From assembly GCA_041748755.1 (NCBI GenBank), contig JBGTCQ010000208.1, forward strand, positions 4,318 to 68,317: a DNA stretch of 64,000 bases. The letters run 5' to 3'. Shown one piece after another: positions 1-9,911 of this stretch. The notes below the pieces were generated by a model that ran no database searches, was not told where the DNA came from, and was given only the letters and a program-made list of their open reading frames with translations. The DNA is from Chroococcidiopsidaceae cyanobacterium. GTDB lineage: Bacteria > Cyanobacteriota > Cyanobacteriia > Cyanobacteriales > Chroococcidiopsidaceae. Within the stretch, counting starts at the first letter, position 1; every line of letters starts with the position of its first letter. A program made the translations under genes and the position numbers.

Positions 1-1215
1 CAAAAGTACTACATCAAAACCATTGCTGATGTAGTGCAAGATATTCTCGGTCATCCGGTTGAAATCCAACTTAGTATTGCTAAAGGGGATGGATCTGCGT
101 TGAGTGAGCCACAGGCTTCCTGGCCACTGCCGATTGAACCCATTATGACTGAAAGTATACCCAGTAATCGACCCAAGCCCAGTGAATTAAACTCCAAGTA
201 TATGTTTTCGCGCTTTGTAGTTGGTTCCAATAGTCGGATGGCTCACGCTGCTTCTCTGGCAGTTGCTGAATCACCGGGGCGTGAATTTAATCCTTTATTT
301 CTCTGCGGTGGTGTTGGATTAGGGAAAACGCATTTAATGCAGGCGATCGGTCACTATCGGCGAGATATCCATCCTGATTCCAGAATTTTTTATGTCTCGA
401 CTGAGCAGTTCACCAATGACTTAATTACATCAATTCGCAAAGATAGTATGCAAAGCTTCCGCGAACACTATCGAGCAGCGGATGTGTTGTTGGTAGATGA
501 CATTCAATTTATTGAAGGTAAGGAATACACTCAAGAAGAGTTCTTTCATACTTTTAATACTTTACATGAGGCGGGTAAACAAGTAGTTCTAGCTTCAGAC
601 CGTCCACCTAACCAGATTCCCCGGTTGCAAGAACGCCTGTGTTCCCGCTTTTCTATGGGGCTGATTGCTGATATTCAACCACCAGATTTAGAAACTCGGA
701 TGGCAATTTTACAGAAGAAGGCAGAGTATGAAAATATGCGCCTGCCTCGCCCAGTAATTGAGTATATCGCCTCTAATTACACTTCTAATATTAGAGAATT
801 AGAGGGAGCTTTAATTCGGGCTGTTGCCTATATTTCAATTTCAGGTTTGTCGATGACGGTGGAAAATATTACGCCAATTTTAAATCCCTCGACAGAGAAA
901 GTAGAAGCTTCTGCTAGCGCGATTCTCATGGTTGTAGCGCAGAATTTTGATCTCTCGATTGAAGATATTAAGAGCAACTCGCGGCGACGGGAAATTAGTT
1001 GGGCGCGTCAAATTGGTATGTATCTGATGCGGCAGCACACGGCTCTTAGTTTACCGAGGATTGGGGAAGAATTTGGCGGCAAAGATCACACGACAGTAAT
1101 GTATAGCTGCGACAAAATTGCTCAACTGCGGGTAAGCGATCCAGATTTGGCGAAAACTTTGCGCTCTTTGAGCGATCGCATCAATGTAACCAGCCGCTCC
1201 GAGAACCAATCTTAA
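1..1215 (+). CDS. dnaA: Chromosomal replication initiator DnaA (5' end runs off the window; the frame is open from base 1)
   Basis: AAA+ Walker [11 protein letters not shown], Walker [10 protein letters not shown]-terminal DNA-binding signature [13 protein letters not shown]. There is no stop between base 1 and the listed start at 34. Confidence 0.95.
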   Translation, partial: QKYYIKTIADVVQDILGHPVEIQLSIAKGDGSALSEPQASWPLPIEPIMTESIPSNRPKPSELNSKYMFSRFVVGSNSRMAHAASLAVAESPGREFNPLFLCGGVGLGKTHLMQAIGHYRRDIHPDSRIFYVSTEQFTNDLITSIRKDSMQSFREHYRAADVLLVDDIQFIEGKEYTQEEFFHTFNTLHEAGKQVVLASDRPPNQIPRLQERLCSRFSMGLIADIQPPDLETRMAILQKKAEYENMRLPRPVIEYIASNYTSNIRELEGALIRAVAYISISGLSMTVENITPILNPSTEKVEASASAILMVVAQNFDLSIEDIKSNSRRREISWARQIGMYLMRQHTALSLPRIGEEFGGKDHTTVMYSCDKIAQLRVSDPDLAKTLRSLSDRINVTSRSENQS

Positions 1216-1299
1216 ACATCTACCGCACTTAAATTATCAGCACTACTGTAGCCGCAGACATCAAGCTTAATCAAACCATAAAGAAAGATTAATAATCAT

Positions 1300-1555
1300 A
1301 ATTAGCTTGTGGAAAAACCTTGGTTTTTTGTGGAAAACTCTTGAGGAAATTTGGGGAAAACTAAAGGTTTGAAGTGGAAAATCTTTATGGGTAAAAATAC
1401 TTTATAAAAAGTTAGCCCCATTTTACACAAGTTTTCCACAGCTATCAGTTCTTAAAACAATCATTAAAAAAGAGGAGGTAAGGTTTTTCCACAATTTCCA
1501 CAGTCCCTACTACTACTATAGAAAATTTATAAATTTATATTAGGAGTCTATTTGG
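1300..1555. promoter_or_regulatory. Candidate oriC: cluster of DnaA boxes plus an adjacent AT-rich stretch in the dnaA-dnaN spacer
   Basis: TGTGGAAAA at 1308-1316 and 1329-1337, with variants TGGGGAAAA at 1352-1360 and AGTGGAAAA at 1373-1381. Opposite orientation: TTTTACACA 1421-1429, TTTTCCACA 1432-1440 and 1485-1493, ATTTCCACA 1494-1502. An AT-rich run follows at about 1509-1550. Confidence 0.75.
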
Positions 1556-1722
1556 TGATTGCACTAATTCAAGCTGCATTGTCACCAATAAGGGTGTTAC
1601 CATGTGCTTCTGAGCTAGATTCGCCACAAGAGGGCATCGCGCTTTTGGAGGAGAATCCGTTAAGGGGAAATTATTAGAGTCACCTCCACCATTTCCTTGC
1701 TACCCGCCCTGATTAAATTCCG

Positions 1723-2862
1723 ATGAAATTAGTTTGTAGTCAAAGTGATCTCAGTACCAACCTTTCACTTGTAAGTCGTGCAGTACCATCGCGTCCGACG
1801 CATCCCGTTCTGGCTAACGTGTTGATGAGCGCAGATGCAGAAATTGGGCAGGTAAGTTTAACAGCCTTTGATCTTAGCTTGGGTATTCGGACTAGTTTCC
1901 CAGCTGAAATTGAAACAAATGGTGAAATTACCCTTCCAGCCAAGCTGCTAAATGATATAGTTTCTCGGCTGCCAGAGGGAGAAATCATGCTAGACGATGA
2001 AGGGGGAGAAACACCTTTGGGTGCCACGATAACTTCTGCTTCAGGGCGTTATCAGGTTCGTGGTATGGGAGTAGAAGAATTTCCTGAATTACCAGTTGTG
2101 GAAGGTGTTGCGATCTATCTGCCAGCGTCAGCATTAATTGAAGGATTGCGTTCCACCTTATTTGCTGCTAGTGCTGATGAAACTAAGCAGGTTTTGACAG
2201 GGCTACATTTAACGTTTCAGCAAGACAGCTTAGAGTTTGCAGCTACCGATGGTCATAGATTAGCAGTTGTCCAAACTACTAACGAAATTGCAGACAACGC
2301 AGAACCAGTAAAGCTAGAGGTTACTATACCAGCTAAAGCATTGCGCGAACTGGAACGGATGCTAGGAATGCGCGAAGCGGCTGAGCCACTGGAATTGCAT
2401 ATTGACCAAGGACAGGTTGTTTTCTCGTTTTCAAACCAACGTTTGACCAGCCGCACACTAGAGGGTCAATACCCAGCTTATCGTCAACTTATCCCGCGTC
2501 AATTCGAGCGCCAAATTACAATTGAGCGTCGCCTGCTACTAAGTGCTGTAGAGCGGATTGCAGTTTTGGCAGATCAGAAGAATAACATCGTTAAATTCAG
2601 CATCGACAGCATTAATCAAGAATTAGCCTTATCTGTTGATGCTCAAGATGTCGGCAGTGGCAGAGAGTTGATGCCAGCACAAATTTCTGGAGAAAGCATA
2701 GAAATTGCCTTTAATATCAAGTATTTAATTGATGGGTTAAAGGCGCTGCAATCTAGTGAAATCCAAATGCAGTTGAATACAGCAACAACACCCGTGATTT
2801 TGACACCACTTGGTAACTTAAAAATGATTTATTTGATTATGCCTGTGCAGATCCGTAGCTGA
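1723..2862 (+). CDS. dnaN: DNA polymerase III beta sliding clamp
   Basis: 379-aa full-length ORF immediately downstream of dnaA/oriC. Sequence is typical of a beta clamp (LVSRAVPSRPTHPVLANVL, ATDGHRLA). Confidence 0.95.
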   Translation: MKLVCSQSDLSTNLSLVSRAVPSRPTHPVLANVLMSADAEIGQVSLTAFDLSLGIRTSFPAEIETNGEITLPAKLLNDIVSRLPEGEIMLDDEGGETPLGATITSASGRYQVRGMGVEEFPELPVVEGVAIYLPASALIEGLRSTLFAASADETKQVLTGLHLTFQQDSLEFAATDGHRLAVVQTTNEIADNAEPVKLEVTIPAKALRELERMLGMREAAEPLELHIDQGQVVFSFSNQRLTSRTLEGQYPAYRQLIPRQFERQITIERRLLLSAVERIAVLADQKNNIVKFSIDSINQELALSVDAQDVGSGRELMPAQISGESIEIAFNIKYLIDGLKALQSSEIQMQLNTATTPVILTPLGNLKMIYLIMPVQIRS

Positions 2863-3118
2863 TTTTACCTGAAATCCATTGAAAAAATCAGCAGATTGAT
2901 AGCAACGCCTAAGTTCGCACTCAGCCGACAGCACTGGTTCCCGATCAAGAATCAAATTAGAAAAATGTCTGCATAGTAATACACATTTTCGGAAAAGAGT
3001 TGATAGCACTGTTGCTGTGTTCTAGCCTTTGGGCGCTTTGCTATAGTTGATAGAATTTTCTAGACAAATGGCTTGAGTTGGCTGAAATGCACATACTAAT
3101 AATAAATCTCTAATACAT

Positions 3119-5827
3119 ATGATCAATACAGAGAATTTACTAGAGCACCAATGGCACCAGCTACCTCCACAGGAAGTAGCTCAGCAGCTAAACAGCAATT
3201 TGGAAGCAGGACTGACCTCCAACGAAGTGACAGAGCGACAGAACCGCTTTGGGCCTAATCAACTGACTGGCAAGCAGGGTAAAAGTGCCTGGATACGATT
3301 TCTCCAGCAATTTAATCAGCCTCTACTGTATATTTTGCTGACTGCCGGTATAGTTACAGCTTTACTACAGGAATGGGTCGAATCTGGGGTGATCTTCGGC
3401 GTTACACTGCTTAACGCGATCATCGGCTTTGTGCAGGAATCAAAAGCAGAAAGCGCGATCGCAGCCTTAGCCGAGTCTGTCAGCACCGAAGCAACAGTCA
3501 TCCGTGACGGTCAAAAAGTGAGCATTCCCTCCCAAGAACTGGTGCCAGGGGATTTGGTACTGCTGACCTCTGGAAATAAAGTACCTGCTGATCTCCGGTT
3601 AGTCAAAGTCCGCAACCTGCAAATCAGTGAGTCAGCCTTGACAGGGGAATCCGTTCCAGTTGAGAAAGCAACCGAGCCGCTCGCTCCCGAAACCCCCCTG
3701 GCAGAACGAACAAGCATGACCTACGCTAGCAGTTTAGTTACAGCTGGGCAGGGGAGTGGGCTTGTGATTGCGATCGCCAACGCCACCGAGACTGGTCGCA
3801 TTTCGCAGCTAATGGAGCAGAGCCCAAATCTGGAAACCCCCCTTACACGCAAGATTCACAAATTCAGCAAAACATTGCTTTATATCATCCTGGGGCTAGC
3901 GGCACTGATGTTCGTAGTCAGAGTGTCACAGGGAGAATCCTGGGTGGAAGTGTTTAAGACAGCCGTAGCCTTAGCGGTCGCTGCCATTCCCGAAGGCTTG
4001 CCAGCTGTTGTGACAATTACCTTAGCCATTGGCGTCTCCCGAATGGCTCGTCGTCACGCCATTATCCGGAAACTACCAGCTGTAGAAACCCTGGGTAGTA
4101 CCACGGTTATTTGTTCGGATAAAACTGGCACGCTCACCGAAAATCAAATGACAGTTCAGGACATCTACGCAGGGGATAGGCGCTATTCAGTTAGCGGTGT
4201 GGGCTACGGCGCTGAGGGTGAAATTATCCTCAATGGTGGTCAGCCAGCTAACTTGACCAATGCTCCAGCGTTGCAGGAATGCCTGAGAGCAGGTCTTTTG
4301 TGCAATGATTCTCATTTACAAGAGCAGGACGGGCAGTGCGTGGTTGTGGGCGATCCAACAGAAGGGGCATTAATTGTTGCTGCCCGCAAAGCTGGTTTAA
4401 CCCAGCAAGTCCTAGAACAAGAAATGCCCAGGCGGGATACGATTCCCTTTGAATCCGAATTTCAGTACATGGCGACTTTGCACGAAAGCAAATCAGATCA
4501 GCTGATTTACGTCAAAGGTTCGACAGAGTCAATCCTCAAACGATGTAATCAGAGGCTCAACCCAGAAAACCGCCTAGTAACTTTAGACCACACCCAGGTG
4601 GAGCGAGAAGCAGATGCAATGGCAGAGCAGGGCTTACGTGTACTAGCTTTTGCCAAAAAGCAAGTAGCCGCTGACCAGCATTCACTGGATCATCCTGATC
4701 TTGAGCAGGATTTGGTTTTTCTCGGGCTGCAAGGGATGATCGATCCACCACGTCCAGAAGCGATCGCGGCGGTGCGTGCCTGTCAGTTAGCAGGGATTAA
4801 GGTGAAGATGATCACTGGCGATCATGCGTTAACGGCAGGGGCGATCGCCCGGATGATGGAATTGAGTCAAACGGATCAGGTACTGGCCTTCACTGGTCAG
4901 GAACTAGGTCGGATGAACAGCCGGGAACTCGGTGAAGCTGCAACAGCGGGTGTGGTTTTTGCGCGGGTCGCACCGGAACAGAAATTGCGCCTGGTCGAAG
5001 CCCTGCAAGCTCAAGGTGAGATTGTCGCAATGACAGGGGATGGGGTCAACGATGCTCCAGCGCTCAAGCAAGCGGATCTGGGGATTGCTATGGGCATAAC
5101 TGGCACTGAAGTCGCTAAGGAAGCAGCTGACATGATCCTCACCGACGACAACTTTGCCTCGATAGAAACTGCTGTGGAGGAGGGACGTACTGTCTACCAG
5201 AATCTCCTCAAGGCGATCTCCTTCATTTTGCCAGTCAACGGTGGGGAATCCCTAACGATTTTGGTTGGTGTGCTGCTGGGAACCGCTCTGCCCATTCTAC
5301 CTTTGCAAATTCTCTGGGTAAATATGGTGAGTTCCGTTGCTCTGACGGTGCCGCTTGCTTTTGAACCTAGTTCTAAGGGTGTGATGCGCTCGTCCCCGCG
5401 TAACCCCAATGAGTCTCTACTATCGGGTAGCTTGCTGAGACGCATTTTGGCAATCTCTCTCTTTAATTTAATTGTGATCTTTGGTCTATTTGAATGGATA
5501 CAGCAAACTACTGGAAACATAAGTTTAGCCCGCACAATGGCAGTTAATGCTTTAGTTGCAGCTGAAACCTTTTACCTCTTGAGCATCAGCGAATTCGTAC
5601 CTACCGTTGTCAACAGGCGTGATAAAACTAGGCCGATTGGCTATGCACCGGCAATTGGGATTATCTGTGTCGTTATTCTCCAAGTGGTCTTCACGCAGTG
5701 GAGCCTGATGAATCAGTTATTTGACACAGTACCACTGAGTTTTGCTCAAGCAGGAATTTGCATTGGTGCCGGCTTCCCTATTATTTTTGTGGCGCTCCTG
5801 TTGCAGCGCTTTGCTCCGATGAAGTGA
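3119..5827 (+). CDS. Cation-transporting P-type ATPase, P2 (SERCA/PacL-like, probably Ca2+)
   Basis: 902 aa with an N-terminal cation-ATPase domain (GLTSNEVTERQNRFGPNQL), phosphorylation motif CSDKTGTLT, hinge TGDGVNDAPAL, and about 10 TM segments. Confidence 0.9.
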   Translation: MINTENLLEHQWHQLPPQEVAQQLNSNLEAGLTSNEVTERQNRFGPNQLTGKQGKSAWIRFLQQFNQPLLYILLTAGIVTALLQEWVESGVIFGVTLLNAIIGFVQESKAESAIAALAESVSTEATVIRDGQKVSIPSQELVPGDLVLLTSGNKVPADLRLVKVRNLQISESALTGESVPVEKATEPLAPETPLAERTSMTYASSLVTAGQGSGLVIAIANATETGRISQLMEQSPNLETPLTRKIHKFSKTLLYIILGLAALMFVVRVSQGESWVEVFKTAVALAVAAIPEGLPAVVTITLAIGVSRMARRHAIIRKLPAVETLGSTTVICSDKTGTLTENQMTVQDIYAGDRRYSVSGVGYGAEGEIILNGGQPANLTNAPALQECLRAGLLCNDSHLQEQDGQCVVVGDPTEGALIVAARKAGLTQQVLEQEMPRRDTIPFESEFQYMATLHESKSDQLIYVKGSTESILKRCNQRLNPENRLVTLDHTQVEREADAMAEQGLRVLAFAKKQVAADQHSLDHPDLEQDLVFLGLQGMIDPPRPEAIAAVRACQLAGIKVKMITGDHALTAGAIARMMELSQTDQVLAFTGQELGRMNSRELGEAATAGVVFARVAPEQKLRLVEALQAQGEIVAMTGDGVNDAPALKQADLGIAMGITGTEVAKEAADMILTDDNFASIETAVEEGRTVYQNLLKAISFILPVNGGESLTILVGVLLGTALPILPLQILWVNMVSSVALTVPLAFEPSSKGVMRSSPRNPNESLLSGSLLRRILAISLFNLIVIFGLFEWIQQTTGNISLARTMAVNALVAAETFYLLSISEFVPTVVNRRDKTRPIGYAPAIGIICVVILQVVFTQWSLMNQLFDTVPLSFAQAGICIGAGFPIIFVALLLQRFAPMK

Positions 5828-6303
5828 TTAAACCCAAAGTGTCATCTAAGTTGCTGAGTTGTAGATAAAAACTTTCACAAGGTAACATAGAGATTTGCAG
5901 ACCACCTTGGCTTGGTTTTAAATGGGTACATAATTCTTGAACGCGATGCCTGCGGCGGGCTGACGCTCGTTTGCAAAGCATGGTCAAAGAGCATTGACTC
6001 GCTACCGCTTTGCTAATGCCTACGCGCTTGGCTCAGCTTTCAAATTGTAATCATATTGAAACTAGGATTAATCTGCAAGTTAAGCTTCCTTCAGAGGTAA
6101 CAGTTTAGTCGAGAGCGCAGTCGTAAAGCTGGAATATCCAGTGTCTGAGGAAGTGGTAGCTTTGACCGATATCGCTTCCAAGTCTTGGTTTTGAAGAATC
6201 CGGAGATATAATTTCCTATAAGTTAAAAACTATCTTAAAATTAGCGTAATAATTGCGCTTGTCTAAAAACAACTAGCTAAGAACTAAATTAGGAGGAATA
6301 TAT

Positions 6304-7386
6304 ATGGCGATCGTACCGATGCGGCTGATGTTGGATCACGCGGCTGAAAATGGTTACGCCATTCCAGCTTACAACGTCAATAACATGGAGCAGATTCAAG
6401 CCATTATGAAGGCTGCTCATGAGACAGATAGCCCCGTGATTTTACAAGCTTCTCGCGGTGCTCGCACCTATGCTGGGGAAAACTTCCTGCGCCACCTGAT
6501 TTTGGCGGCGGTGGAAACCTATCCCCATATCCCCATTGCCATGCACCAAGATCATGGTAATAGTCCAGCTACTTGCTACTCGGCAATTAAGCATGGTTTC
6601 ACTAGCGTCATGATGGATGGTTCTCTGGAGGCGGATGCTAAGACTCCAGCTAGCTACGAGTACAACGTTGAAGTTACCCGCAAAGTCGTAGAAGTGGCTC
6701 ACGCCGTTGGTGTTAGTGTTGAAGGTGAACTTGGTTGCCTGGGTTCTCTAGAAAGTGGCATGGGTGAAGCTGAAGACGGTCACGGCGCAGAAGGCGTTTT
6801 ATCTCACGATCAGTTGTTGACTGATCCAGATCAAGCCGTTGACTTTGTGGAGCAAACTCAGGTGGATGCTTTGGCAGTTGCCATTGGTACTAGCCACGGT
6901 GCTTACAAGTTTACCCGCAAGCCAACTGGAGAAGTTTTAGCAATTAGCCGGATTGAAGAAATTCACAACCGCTTGCCGAACACTCACCTGGTAATGCACG
7001 GTTCTTCCTCCGTGCCGGAAGATTTGATCGCAATTATTAACAAGTACGGCGGTCAGATTCCTGAGACTTACGGTGTGCCAGTTGAAGAAATCCAAAAAGG
7101 GATTAAGTGCGGTGTGCGTAAAGTGAATATCGACACCGATAACCGTCTGGCGATTACTGCTGCGGTACGTGAAGCTCTAGCTAGCAATCCCAAGGAGTTT
7201 GATCCGCGTCACTTCCTCAAGCCTTCAATTAAGTATATGCAGAAGGTTTGTAGCGATCGCTATCAACAGTTTGGCTCTGCTGGTCAAGCTAGTAAGATTA
7301 AGCAAGTGACTCTAGATGACTTTGCTGCTAAGTACGCTAAGGGCGAGTTAAGCGCTGTGACAAAAAAAGCAGCTGTTACTGTTTAA
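6304..7386 (+). CDS. fbaA: Class II fructose-1,6-bisphosphate aldolase
   Basis: 360 aa with [15 protein letters not shown] and SVMMDGS motifs. A strong AGGAGG RBS lies upstream. Confidence 0.93.
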   Translation: MAIVPMRLMLDHAAENGYAIPAYNVNNMEQIQAIMKAAHETDSPVILQASRGARTYAGENFLRHLILAAVETYPHIPIAMHQDHGNSPATCYSAIKHGFTSVMMDGSLEADAKTPASYEYNVEVTRKVVEVAHAVGVSVEGELGCLGSLESGMGEAEDGHGAEGVLSHDQLLTDPDQAVDFVEQTQVDALAVAIGTSHGAYKFTRKPTGEVLAISRIEEIHNRLPNTHLVMHGSSSVPEDLIAIINKYGGQIPETYGVPVEEIQKGIKCGVRKVNIDTDNRLAITAAVREALASNPKEFDPRHFLKPSIKYMQKVCSDRYQQFGSAGQASKIKQVTLDDFAAKYAKGELSAVTKKAAVTV

Positions 7387-7420
7387 AAGCTTGTGTTTAT
7401 CTAATAGTTAAATTTTTGAG

Positions 7421-7447
7421 CGGGTAGCTGAATGCTACCCGTTTTTT
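7421..7447 (+). terminator. Rho-independent terminator after the aldolase gene
   Basis: 8-bp stem CGGGTAGC / GCTACCCG (7421-7428 / 7434-7441), 5-nt loop, then TTTTTT at 7442-7447. Confidence 0.85.
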
Positions 7448-7454
7448 ATCAAGT

Positions 7455-7892
7455 ATGACTTACCGAAATCCTACTCCTACAGTTGACATTATTATCGAAC
7501 TGGTTAACCAACCGCAGCGACCGATTATATTAATTGAGCGCCAAAATTCCCCTCTGGGATGGGCAATTCCGGGTGGTTTTATTGATTATGGGGAATCCGC
7601 TGAAGCGGCGGCGCGGCGGGAAGCTAAGGAAGAGACAGGGTTGCAAGTTGAATTAATTGAACAATTCCAGGTATATTCTGAGCCCGACCGCGATCCACGT
7701 CAGCACACGATAAGCGTTGTATTTTTAGCAACAGCAACGGGTGAACCCAAGGCTGGGGATGATGCTAGGACCGTAGGAATTTTTGAATCGTGGCAGATAC
7801 CAGCTAATTTATGCTTTGACCACGATCGCATCCTCCGTGATTATTTGCTTTATCGTCATTACGGGCTACGACCCCGATCTGTTAGCAATTAG
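7455..7892 (+). CDS. NUDIX hydrolase
   Basis: Nudix box [24 protein letters not shown]. Confidence 0.9.
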   Translation: MTYRNPTPTVDIIIELVNQPQRPIILIERQNSPLGWAIPGGFIDYGESAEAAARREAKEETGLQVELIEQFQVYSEPDRDPRQHTISVVFLATATGEPKAGDDARTVGIFESWQIPANLCFDHDRILRDYLLYRHYGLRPRSVSN

Positions 7893-7908
7893 TTTGAAAC
7901 AAATAAGC

Positions 7909-8310
7909 ATGAATCGCAAAATTATTCGTACAGACAATGCCCCCGCACCAGTAGGACCGTATAATCAAGCGATCGCTGCTAGTGGGCAGCTGGTTTTTGT
8001 TGCTGGTCAAATTCCGCTCGACCCTAGCACTGGTGAGATTGTGGGAGCGACAGATGTGGCAAAGCAGACTCGACAAGTTCTGGCAAATATCGAGGCTATC
8101 CTAACAGCATCTCAGGCAATGTTACGGGATGTGGTAAAAACCACTGTCTTCCTCGTAGATATGAATGATTTTGCCGCTATGAATGCAGTTTATGCTCAGT
8201 ATTTTGATGAAGCAACTGCTCCGGCTCGGGCCTGTGTCCAAGTTTCGCGTTTGCCCAAAGATGTCCTGGTAGAGATTGACTGTATTGCAGTGATTGCAAT
8301 CGCTCCCTAA
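7909..8310 (+). CDS. ridA: RidA/YjgF family reactive-intermediate deaminase
   Basis: [22 protein letters not shown]... is typical of the RidA N-terminus. I use the internal ATG at 7909; the listed ORF start at 7783 overlaps the NUDIX gene. Confidence 0.9.
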   Translation: MNRKIIRTDNAPAPVGPYNQAIAASGQLVFVAGQIPLDPSTGEIVGATDVAKQTRQVLANIEAILTASQAMLRDVVKTTVFLVDMNDFAAMNAVYAQYFDEATAPARACVQVSRLPKDVLVEIDCIAVIAIAP

Positions 8311-8330
8311 GTATGGAAGCCACAGTTACT

Positions 8331-9143
8331 TTAGCCTTTTTGCTTAAGTCCTTGCCGAAAAATCCACTGCATTACACCGGGAAATATTCCATAAGCAGCT
8401 TTTGAGACATTTGCGGAGCCGACCATCACTTCAGAGCGCTGATGTTTTACCGCATCCCAAATTGCATTTGCTACATCTTCAGCCTTTTCTATCACGGGTA
8501 TACTTAGTACTTGAGCCAGCTGATCATGCCGAGCTTGAGCATCCTGTTCATCTTTGCCGCGAAAGATTGCCCGTTCCATCAAACTACTTTTAATCACATT
8601 CGGATAAATCCCACAGACATGAATACCTTTAGGCTTTAATTCCGAATGTAGCGCTTCTGTCAACCCAGTGACGGCAAACTTGCTAGTAGAGTAAGGAACT
8701 AAATAAGGTATAGGCACTTTACCGCCGATTGAACTTAGATTAACAATAGTTCCGCTTCCCCGTTCTAGGAAGTGAGGCAACAGCGCATGAATCATGTGGA
8801 TATATCCCCACAAATTGGTATCTATAACTTGATGCCAATCTGCAAGCGAGAACTGCTCGGCTGGTCCTGATATATAAATACCTGCATTGTTGATTAACAC
8901 ATCGATAGCGGCATAACGAGCCAGCGCTGTATGCACTAGGGTCTTTACTTGGTCTGCGTCCCTGACATCAGTAGGGATACTTAGTGCTGCACAACCAAGT
9001 GTTTGTACTTCTTGCTCTACCGCTACCAGCGGTTCAGCCCGACGAGCTGCAAGTACGAGATTATAACCTTTTTGAGCAAATAAGAGAGCGGTTGCTTTCC
9101 CAATGCCTTGAGAAGCACCCGTGATCAGAACTGTGGGAGCCAT
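8331..9143 (-). CDS. Short-chain dehydrogenase/reductase (SDR)
   Basis: TGASQGIG cofactor motif, NNAG, and catalytic YSTSK (YxxxK). Confidence 0.9.
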   Translation of the reverse strand: MAPTVLITGASQGIGKATALLFAQKGYNLVLAARRAEPLVAVEQEVQTLGCAALSIPTDVRDADQVKTLVHTALARYAAIDVLINNAGIYISGPAEQFSLADWHQVIDTNLWGYIHMIHALLPHFLERGSGTIVNLSSIGGKVPIPYLVPYSTSKFAVTGLTEALHSELKPKGIHVCGIYPNVIKSSLMERAIFRGKDEQDAQARHDQLAQVLSIPVIEKAEDVANAIWDAVKHQRSEVMVGSANVSKAAYGIFPGVMQWIFRQGLKQKG

Positions 9144-9316
9144 ACTTTAAGTAACAGAACGTGCTGAGATCAATAAGATCCATTAGCCTGATCCAACCAG
9201 ATCTCAACCTCTCTCCCTTGGTAGAAATATCGGCTCACGCGCTGGTAGTGCTGTATCCTGCCAATTTGTTCAATGTCAAGCAAGTGTATATATTGCGAGG
9301 ATTTGAAGCCTGACAA

Positions 9317-9448
9317 CTATTTGTCCCGCAACGAGCGAATAAACTCTCTAATGACATCTGTTTTCGTCCGCTTATACTTTTTGCAGTAGCTTTCCAGTAT
9401 TTCTAGTTCAATATCTGGTACTCTCAAATTTAATTGCTTTGATGTCAT
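9317..9448 (-). CDS. Small ribbon-helix-helix (CopG/Arc-like) antitoxin-type protein, 43 aa, ending at an in-frame TAG
   Basis: My own translation is MTSKQLNLRVPDIELEILESYCKKYKRTKTDVIREFIRSLRDK. The pattern (beta strand LNLRVP, then two helices) is RHH-like. The ORF is below the ORF-track size cutoff, and the frame stays open for 48 more codons after the TAG. Confidence 0.4.
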   Translation of the reverse strand: MTSKQLNLRVPDIELEILESYCKKYKRTKTDVIREFIRSLRDK

Positions 9449-9911
9449 TGGTATAAACCAGCACTATGCCTTTACTATACTTCTTTGAGGTATAAATTAA
9501 AACGCTACATACTTCGTCTACGGCTAAAGTACCAGTATTGATTTTAGGAAAATCTGGTTTTACCTGACCAGAAATTTACTTCTAATTAAATTGCCACAAG
9601 TCTATATTTAAAAATATTCTCAATAAATAAGAACACAAATTCTAACCTTGGAAAGAAGTAGTTTGTTTTCAGCTAGCTCATTCTGAGCAACGGACACTAC
9701 CACATCTTTGTTAGTCTTTCTGAAATGCGATCGCCAAGTTGCTACTGCCTTCTCAACTTTACCGGAATTATCAAGCTACCGTTTCGGGTCAATACTCCAA
9801 GAAGCAATACCTCAAACAGTTGAAGCACTGGGCTATCAGGTTCAACTCGTTCCGCTTCCGACCGCTAATCCATCTAACTAGCCGTTGATTTTCAAATGAG
9901 GTCTATTGATC

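Noticed and set aside
5828-6303. Long spacer upstream of the aldolase gene, checked for a tRNA, sRNA or mobile-element fragment
   Set aside because: I found no tRNA-like T-arm (GGTTCGAATCC-type) and no inverted repeats of note. Only a short GC-rich stretch at about 5940-6040 stood out, and I could not assign it to anything.
7783-7908. 42-codon N-terminal extension of the RidA ORF overlapping the NUDIX gene
   Set aside because: RidA homology begins exactly at the ATG at 7909 ([12 protein letters not shown]...). The extension is hydrophobic nonsense and overlaps the 3' end of the NUDIX gene.
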